DNA from: Armatimonadaceae bacterium
Lineage (GTDB): Bacteria > Armatimonadota > Armatimonadia > Armatimonadales > Armatimonadaceae
Direction of reading: 5' to 3'
Length of the DNA stretch: 38,500 bases
NCBI GenBank assembly: GCA_035539875.1
Contig: DATLHN010000252.1
Coordinates: 1 to 38,500, forward strand
Part shown: positions 32,698 through 38,500 of the stretch, in pieces
Layout of the letters: every line of letters begins with the position of its first letter
Numbering within the stretch: position 1 is the stretch's first letter
Notes under the pieces: generated by a model
Seen by the model: only the letters and a program-made list of their open reading frames with translations
Databases searched by the model: none
What the model was told of the DNA's origin: nothing
Program-made: the position numbers and the translations under genes

Positions 32698-34323
32698 GTG
32701 ACGGAGAACGAGACGACCGTGGCCGACGACGAGACGACGCCCGCCCCCGCGGCAGCGGGACCCACCGCCCCTTCCCTGCCCCACGACCACATCGTGCCCG
32801 AACGGTACGAGAAGCTCACCGCCCTGCGCGCTTCCGGGCACGACCCCTTCGGCCCCGAGCGCTACGACCGCACGCACCCGCTCACCGCGGCCCGCGAGCA
32901 GTTCGACGCGCTCGACGGCAAGACGGTGCGGGTCGCCGGGCGCGTCGTCTCCATGCGCGGCAACTTCCTCGACCTGCTGGACGAGTCCGGGCGGGGACAG
33001 GTCTACCTGAGCGAGGAAGACCTCGGGGCGGACGAGTATGCACGCGTCAAGGCGAACGCGGACCTCGGCGACTTCGTCGGCGTTGAGGGCTTCGCTTTCG
33101 AGACCAAGAAGGGCGACCGGGCCTACCACGCCCAGAAGGTGACGTTCCTCGCGAAGGCGCTGCGCGACGTCGGCGCGATGCTCGGCAAGGAGTACCGCGA
33201 CAGGGAGACGGGCGAGACGAAGGTCCGCGACCGGCTCTCCGACCCCGACCTGCGCCAGCGGATGCGCTACGTCGACCTGTTCGTCAACCGCGACGCCCGG
33301 GACGTGCTAGTCAAGCGCATCAAGGTAACGCGCGCGATGCGCGAGTACCTCGACAGCCTCGGCTTCCTGGAGGTCGAGACCCCGGTACTCCAGCAGGAGG
33401 CGGGCGGAGCGTCGGCGCGACCGTTCCTGACGCACCACAACGCGCTCGGGATGGACCTTCACCTGCGCATCAGCCTGGAACTTCCCCTGAAGCGGCTGAT
33501 CGTCGGCGGACTGGAGAAGGTCTACGAGATCGGGCGCGTCTTCCGCAACGAGGGCATCTCCACCCGGCACAACCCGGAATTCACGCTGCTGGAGCTGTAC
33601 CAGGCGTACACGAACCTAGAAGGCATGATGGAGGTTGTCGAGGGGATGTTCCTCCACGTCTGCCGCGCCGTCACCGGCGGCGACGTTCTGACCATGCCCG
33701 ACGGGGTCAGCATCGACTTCGCGCAGCCCTGGCGACGCCTGCCCATACTGGAAGGCATCCGCGAGAACGCGGGCATCGACCCGGAGACGTTCGGGTCGCT
33801 CGAAGGCGCGCGGGCCGCCATCGTCCGCGCGAACGAGCGCCTGCCCGAGAACGAGCGGATCGACCCGGAGCGCGAACACAACATCGGGGGCATCATCGAA
33901 AAGCTGCACGAAGTCTTCACGCAGCCCACCCTGGTCCAGCCGACGTTCATCACCGAATTCCCCCTGGAGACGTCGCCGCTCGCCCGTAAAATGCCGGGCA
34001 ACCCCCGTCTGACGCGCCGCTTCGAGTCGTACATCCTGGGCTACGAATGCGGAAACGCGTTCTCCGAGATCAACGACCCACTCGACCAGCGCGAGCGGTT
34101 CGAGTACCAGGTCGGGCAGAAGGCGGCGGGCGACGCCGAGGCACACCCGATGGACGAAGACTTCCTGCGCGCGCTTGAGTTCGGCATGCAGCCGACCGGC
34201 GGGTTCGGCGCGGGCATCGACCGCGTCGCCATGATCTTCACCGGTGCGGATTCCATCCGCGACGTCATCTTCTTCCCGCTGCTGAAGCCCGAGCGCCACG
34301 AGAAGCAGGAGGCCGATAGCTGA
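32698..34323 (+). CDS. lysS: lysine--tRNA ligase, class II
   Basis: OB-fold N-terminal domain. Class II motifs: FLEVETPVLQ, GGASARPFLTHHNALGMDLHLRISLELPLKRL, YEIGRVFRNEGISTRHNPEFTLLELY, GFGAGIDRVAMIFTG. The start is uncertain (GTG at 32698 or 32719). The track start at 32638 would lie upstream of the putative -10 element. Confidence 0.9.
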   Translation: MTENETTVADDETTPAPAAAGPTAPSLPHDHIVPERYEKLTALRASGHDPFGPERYDRTHPLTAAREQFDALDGKTVRVAGRVVSMRGNFLDLLDESGRGQVYLSEEDLGADEYARVKANADLGDFVGVEGFAFETKKGDRAYHAQKVTFLAKALRDVGAMLGKEYRDRETGETKVRDRLSDPDLRQRMRYVDLFVNRDARDVLVKRIKVTRAMREYLDSLGFLEVETPVLQQEAGGASARPFLTHHNALGMDLHLRISLELPLKRLIVGGLEKVYEIGRVFRNEGISTRHNPEFTLLELYQAYTNLEGMMEVVEGMFLHVCRAVTGGDVLTMPDGVSIDFAQPWRRLPILEGIRENAGIDPETFGSLEGARAAIVRANERLPENERIDPEREHNIGGIIEKLHEVFTQPTLVQPTFITEFPLETSPLARKMPGNPRLTRRFESYILGYECGNAFSEINDPLDQRERFEYQVGQKAAGDAEAHPMDEDFLRALEFGMQPTGGFGAGIDRVAMIFTGADSIRDVIFFPLLKPERHEKQEADS

Positions 34324-34363
34324 CGCTTCCCGCGCGCGCTCCCGTCGGAGAGGGACACCTGCG

Positions 34364-35332
34364 ATGCCGCCGGACGAGGAAGACCGAGCAGAGGACGACT
34401 TCTCCGAGGAGAAGTTCGTCGAGTTGCTGGAAGAGATGGAAAAGGCCGCCGCGTCGGGCGACGCCGAAGCGCAGGACGCGCTCGGGATGGCGGCCATGGC
34501 GCACGCCATGGCGGCGATGGAGCATTACGAGCCGACCGAGGCGGATCGGCTGAGCGAGCAAGCTTCCGAGTGCCTCCGTGGCGGCGATTCGGCGGGCGCG
34601 GAGGTGGCGCTCCGCAGGCTGATCGAAATCGCCGACCAGCCGATGCAGGAGTTTCGCGCGCTTTCTCGGCTCGCCTCGCTCTACGGGGACGCGGGCCGTG
34701 GGGAAGAGGCCCTCCAGGCGGCGATCGCGGCCGAGAACGCCGCGCGCCGGTCCGAGATGTCGGTGCTGATGATGAGCGCGCTCCAGCAGCACGCCGACCA
34801 CCGCGCCCGCGGGGGCGATCGGGAAGGCGCTCGCGCGCTCCTTGCGGAGGCACTGACGGTTATCGACGGCGAGCCGCTGCTGGAGCGGTCGCGCGGCGTG
34901 GTCCTGCTCCAGATGGCGCGGCTTCGGTTCGACAGCGGGGACTCTGCGGGAGCGGAGCGCCTCCTCGAGGAGGCTTGGCCGACTCTCGCCCAGTACCAGA
35001 CCTCGATGATGATGGCGCAGTTCGTCAGCGCCCTCGCGACCTGGTGGGCGCTGACGGCGCGAATCCGCGCCGCCCGCGGCGAGTACGCGGACGCCGTGGT
35101 CGCGAGCCGGGAGGCGGTGGCTTACCGGCGGCGCGTCGCCGCCATGCCGCAGTTCGAGGGCGACTCGCGCCCGCGCGCCGCACTCGCCGCCGCCGTCGAA
35201 GCGCACGCGGACGTACTGGCGCAGGCGGGTGACGCGGCGGGAGCGGACGCCGCGCGCGACGAGGCGGTCGTCCTGCGCTGCACGACGCCGCCGCCGCCCC
35301 CCGACCCGGAAGCAGATTTGCACGGAGGATGA
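34364..35332 (+). CDS. hypothetical all-alpha, TPR-like repeat protein
   Basis: 322 aa with an acidic N-terminus. Ala/Leu/Arg-rich helical repeats are present (e.g. SRLASLYGDAGRGEEALQAAIAAENAARR). GGAGAGGGA RBS lies upstream. The stop overlaps the next gene's ATG (ATGA). Confidence 0.55.
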   Translation: MPPDEEDRAEDDFSEEKFVELLEEMEKAAASGDAEAQDALGMAAMAHAMAAMEHYEPTEADRLSEQASECLRGGDSAGAEVALRRLIEIADQPMQEFRALSRLASLYGDAGRGEEALQAAIAAENAARRSEMSVLMMSALQQHADHRARGGDREGARALLAEALTVIDGEPLLERSRGVVLLQMARLRFDSGDSAGAERLLEEAWPTLAQYQTSMMMAQFVSALATWWALTARIRAARGEYADAVVASREAVAYRRRVAAMPQFEGDSRPRAALAAAVEAHADVLAQAGDAAGADAARDEAVVLRCTTPPPPPDPEADLHGG

Positions 35333-36303
35333 GCAGCACCATGAAGGCGATTGTGGTTCACGAATTCGGCGACCCCGAGGTCCTGCGCCTGGAGGACGTC
35401 CTGGACCCACGTCCCGGGCCGGGCGAGGTGGTGGTGCGCCTCCACGCGATCGGCGTCAACCCCGTGGAGACGTACCAGCGTGCCGGGTGGTATCCCACCG
35501 GGCCGAAGCCGCCCTTCACCCCCGGAGCGGACGGCGCGGGCGTCGTCGAATCGGTCGGCGAGGGCGTAACCGCACTCAAGCTGGGGGACAGGGTTTACAC
35601 GTCTGGGACCCTGACCGGCGCCTACGCCGAGAAGGCGCTCCTCAAAGTGGAAAAGGCCCACCCCCTGCCGGAGAACGTCGGCTTCGAGGAGGGCGCGGCG
35701 GTGAACATCCCCTACGCGACCGCCTACCGCGCCCTCATTTCGCGGGCTCAAGCGAAGCCGGGCGAGACCGTCCTGGTTCACGGCGCGAGCGGCGGCGTCG
35801 GCGTCGCCGCGGTACAGTTGGCCGTCGCCCACGGGCTGACCGTGATCGGGACTGCGGGGACCGACGACGGCCTCGCGCTGGTTCGCGCACAGGGGGCGGC
35901 GCACGCGCTGAACCACCGCACGGAAGGCTACCTGGAAGAGCTGAAGTCGCTCACAGGCGGGCGAGGCCCCGACGTCATCCTGGAGATGCTCGCGAACGTC
36001 AACCTCGACCGGGACCTGGGCGTCCTCGCGCCGCGCGGGCGCGTCGTCGTCATCGGCAACCGCGGGCGTATCGAGATCGACCCGCGCCAGTTGATGGCGA
36101 AGGACTCCAGCGTCCTCGGCGTCAGCCTGGCGAACGGAACCGCGGAGGAGCTTCGCCAGGTTTACGCCGCGATCCACGACGGTCTCGCGAACGAGACGCT
36201 GCGGCCGGTCGTAGGGCGAAGGTTCCCCCTCGCGGAGGCGGCCAGGGCACACCGGGCCCTAATGGAATCCGGCGCGCACGGAAAGGTCGTCCTCATCCCG
36301 TAA
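35329..36303 (+). CDS. NADPH:quinone oxidoreductase (MDR/zeta-crystallin family)
   Basis: MKAIVVHEFGDPEVLRLEDV...GVNPVETYQRAG...VLVHGASGGVGVAAVQLA...GKVVLIP. The start is at 35329 or at the ATG at 35341. Confidence 0.8.
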   Translation: MSSTMKAIVVHEFGDPEVLRLEDVLDPRPGPGEVVVRLHAIGVNPVETYQRAGWYPTGPKPPFTPGADGAGVVESVGEGVTALKLGDRVYTSGTLTGAYAEKALLKVEKAHPLPENVGFEEGAAVNIPYATAYRALISRAQAKPGETVLVHGASGGVGVAAVQLAVAHGLTVIGTAGTDDGLALVRAQGAAHALNHRTEGYLEELKSLTGGRGPDVILEMLANVNLDRDLGVLAPRGRVVVIGNRGRIEIDPRQLMAKDSSVLGVSLANGTAEELRQVYAAIHDGLANETLRPVVGRRFPLAEAARAHRALMESGAHGKVVLIP

Positions 36304-36367
36304 GCGGGTATAGTTTAGTGCCGCTTCGGGAACGGAGCGGCCGTTAGGACTGGAGAACAACGCGATC

Positions 36368-36856
36368 ATGAGCAGCACGAACGACGCGCCGCACGGCGCG
36401 CTCCCCGCGGGAACCCCCGCCCCCGATTTCACCCTCAGGTGCACTGCCGACCAGAGCCTCACGCTCTCGGAGTTCAAGGGCACGCCCGTCATCCTCGCCT
36501 TCTACCCGGCGGACTGGAGCCCCGTCTGCGGCGACCAGATGGCGCTCTACAACCAGATACTCCCCGAGTTCAAGCGCTACGGCGCGGAGATGGTAGGCAT
36601 CTCGGTAGACGGCGTCTGGTGTCACCAGGCGTTCGCCGAGGCGCGCAACCTGCACTTCCCCCTGCTCTCCGATTTTGAGCCCAAGGGTGAGATCGCCCGG
36701 CAGTACGGCGTCTACCGGGATCGCGAAGGCGTCTGCCAGCGGGCGCTGTTCGTGATCGACTCCGACGGCGTCATCCGCTGGAGCCATGTCTCTCCCATCG
36801 GGGTGAACCCGGGCGCGGAAGGCATCCTGAGCGCGCTGGACGACTTGAAGAAGTAG
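36368..36856 (+). CDS. peroxiredoxin (AhpC/TSA family)
   Basis: PAPDFTL...LSEFKGTPVILAFYPADWSPVCGDQM carries the peroxidatic Cys motif. ALFVIDSDGVIRW is also present. Confidence 0.85.
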   Translation: MSSTNDAPHGALPAGTPAPDFTLRCTADQSLTLSEFKGTPVILAFYPADWSPVCGDQMALYNQILPEFKRYGAEMVGISVDGVWCHQAFAEARNLHFPLLSDFEPKGEIARQYGVYRDREGVCQRALFVIDSDGVIRWSHVSPIGVNPGAEGILSALDDLKK

Positions 36857-36870
36857 GGAGAATCACCGCC

Positions 36871-37401
36871 ATGTCCAGACTTATCCTTCCCGTCGATCCC
36901 GCGCGCGACCACGCGCAGGGACCGGACACCGCCCCCGTCACCCTGGTCGAGTACGGCGACTACGAGTGCCCGCACTGCGGCCACGCCTACCCCATCGTCC
37001 AGCGCGTCCAGGCGCAGATGGGCGACTCGCTGCGCTTCGTCTTCCGCAACTTCCCGCTGACAGAGCTTCACCCGCACGCCCAGCACGCCGCCGAGGCGGC
37101 GGAGGCCGCCGCGGAGTCCGGGAAGTTCTGGGAGATGCACGACGCCCTGTTCGAGAACCAGCGCCACCTCGCCGACGCGGACCTGAAGACCCTGGCCGAG
37201 AAGGTGGGAGCGGACGCGGCGGGCATCGAGGCGGCTCTTACCGACCACCAGTACGCCGGGCGCGTCCGGGAGGACTTCCTCTCGGGCATCCGCAGCGGCG
37301 TCAACGGCACCCCGACGTTCTTCATCAACGGCGTCCGCTACGACGACTCCTGGGACGAAGCCACCCTCCTCGCGGCCCTCCAAACCGCCGCGGGGAAGTA
37401 A
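36871..37401 (+). CDS. DsbA-like thioredoxin-fold protein (cytoplasmic, no signal peptide)
   Basis: VTLVEYGDYECPHCG is the CPHC active site. The C-terminal GVNGTPTFFINGVRY is typical of the DsbA/Thioredoxin_4 family. Confidence 0.8.
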   Translation: MSRLILPVDPARDHAQGPDTAPVTLVEYGDYECPHCGHAYPIVQRVQAQMGDSLRFVFRNFPLTELHPHAQHAAEAAEAAAESGKFWEMHDALFENQRHLADADLKTLAEKVGADAAGIEAALTDHQYAGRVREDFLSGIRSGVNGTPTFFINGVRYDDSWDEATLLAALQTAAGK

Positions 37402-37418
37402 CGTAAAGGAGTTTCGCG

Positions 37419-38360
37419 GTGAGTGACACGATGAAGGCGGTCCGCATACACGAGTTCGGCGGCCCGGAAGTCCTGGTTTATGAGGACGCGCCGAAGCCGG
37501 TCGCCGGGCCGGGCGAGGCGCTGATACGCGTCCGGGGCGCGGGCATCAACCCCGTGGACTGGAAGGTCCGCGAGGGCTGGACCGAGAGCATCTGGCCGCA
37601 TCAACTACCTCTCATCCTCGGCTGGGACGTCGCCGGGGTGATCGAAGCGGTCGGCGCGGGCGTCTCGAACGTGAAACCGGGCGACGAGGTGTACGCCGAT
37701 ACGAACATACTCAAGGACGGCGCGTACGCGGAGTACGTCCTGGTAGAGGCGAAAGTGGTCGCCCTCAAGCCGAAATCACTGAGTTTCGTCGAGGCGGCTT
37801 CGCTCCCCATCGCCGCGCTCACCGCGTGGCAGGCGCTCTTCGACGCCGCGGGCCTTCAGCCCGGACAGACCGTGCTGATTCACGCCGCCGCGGGGGGCGT
37901 GGGCTCGCTCGGAGTCCAGTTCGCGAAGTGGAAGGGGGCGAGAGTCATCGGCACCGCGTCCGCCCGCAACCACGCGTTCCTCAAGGAACTGGGCGCGGAC
38001 GAGCTGATCGACTACACGGCGGAACGCTTCGAGGACTCGGTAAAGGACGTCGACGTGGTGTTCGACACCGTCGGCAAGGAGGTCATGCAGCGCTCCTGGC
38101 AGACGCTGAAGCCCGGAGGCTACCTGGTCGGAATCGTCAACGACCCCGATACGGAGCAGGCGAAGAAGTACGGCGTGCGCGCCTCGCACATCTTCGGCCT
38201 GCCGCGGGCGGACGACCTGACGGCTATCGCCGAGTTGATCGACGCGGGCACGGTGCGCCCGGTCGTCTCCGAAACCCTGCCCCTCTCCGAGGCGCGGCGG
38301 GCGCACGAGGAGAGTCAGGGCGGCCACGTCCGGGGCAAGATCGTCCTCGAAGTACCCTGA
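37419..38360 (+). CDS. NADP-dependent oxidoreductase (MDR superfamily, quinone oxidoreductase-like), paralogue of 35329-36303
   Basis: GTG start with AAGGAG 7 nt upstream. MKAVRIHEFGGPEVLVYED...GINPVDWKVREG...VLIHAAAGGVGSLGVQFA...GKIVLEV. Confidence 0.8.
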   Translation: MSDTMKAVRIHEFGGPEVLVYEDAPKPVAGPGEALIRVRGAGINPVDWKVREGWTESIWPHQLPLILGWDVAGVIEAVGAGVSNVKPGDEVYADTNILKDGAYAEYVLVEAKVVALKPKSLSFVEAASLPIAALTAWQALFDAAGLQPGQTVLIHAAAGGVGSLGVQFAKWKGARVIGTASARNHAFLKELGADELIDYTAERFEDSVKDVDVVFDTVGKEVMQRSWQTLKPGGYLVGIVNDPDTEQAKKYGVRASHIFGLPRADDLTAIAELIDAGTVRPVVSETLPLSEARRAHEESQGGHVRGKIVLEVP

Positions 38361-38376
38361 GGGAACAACGCCAATA

Positions 38377-38416
38377 GCGCGGGCCGGGAGCGAATGCTCC
38401 CGGCCCGCGCGCTTTT
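38377..38416. terminator. terminator (perfect 15-bp stem) between convergent genes
   Basis: gcgcgggccgggagc (38377-38391) pairs with gctcccggcccgcgc (38396-38410) around the loop GAAT, followed by GCTTTTCG. Confidence 0.75.
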
Positions 38417-38434
38417 CGTACCCGGTCGTCGGGA

Positions 38435-38500
38435 CTAGTAGCGGTCGTAGCCGCGGCCACCACCGCCGCGACCGCCACGGTCGCCGCCGCGGCCACCGCC
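38435..38500 (-). CDS. 3' end of a gene encoding an Arg/Gly-rich (RGG-type) C-terminal tail, possibly an RNA-binding protein (5' end outside window)
   Basis: The minus-strand frame reads ...GGGRGGDRGGRGGGGRGYDRY, then TAG (38435-38437). Only 21 codons are visible, so the assignment is tentative. Confidence 0.35.
   Translation of the reverse strand, partial: GGGRGGDRGGRGGGGRGYDRY

Overview
Densely coding, high-GC (about two-thirds or more G+C by eye) bacterial chromosomal segment. It holds about 36 protein genes, one tRNA-Ser(GCU), several clear hairpin terminators and a few near-consensus sigma70-type promoters. I saw no rRNA, CRISPR array, transposase or integrase.

The content is mostly housekeeping:
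- 3' end of gap
- a DUF1800/DUF1501 pair
- yihY, a BON lipoprotein and rmlD
- a conserved minus-strand block rpsU-pgpH-ybeY-dgkA(PAP2 fusion)-CNNM/CorC
- two beta-propeller hypotheticals
- mgtE and a lytic transglycosylase
- a thioredoxin-fold protein next to a beta-propeller/di-haem peroxidase fusion
- a minus-strand block DUF1343(NamZ-like)/H-X9-DG prepilin-like/M14 carboxypeptidase/pepF
- lysS
- a redox cluster (two MDR oxidoreductases, a peroxiredoxin, a DsbA-like protein)

The [25 protein letters not shown]... H-X9-DG protein and the DUF1800/DUF1501 pair suggest an Armatimonadota- or PVC-like lineage. That is inference only.

Best candidate for an undescribed system (27.5-32.6 kb): a NarL-type response regulator and a CHASE4-like HisKA_3 histidine kinase are separated by a tight three-gene cassette of non-canonical pseudopilin-like proteins. 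Their order and sizes recall GspI/J/K or PilV/W/X. Two copies of a perfect 10-bp palindrome (ACTACGTAGT), spaced 22 bp apart, sit just upstream of the cassette, and a strong terminator follows it.

Second notable item: ybeY carries an in-frame TAG upstream of its catalytic His motif.

All family assignments come from motif recognition by eye. No searches or computations were run, and start codons are often uncertain because the high GC content extends ORFs.
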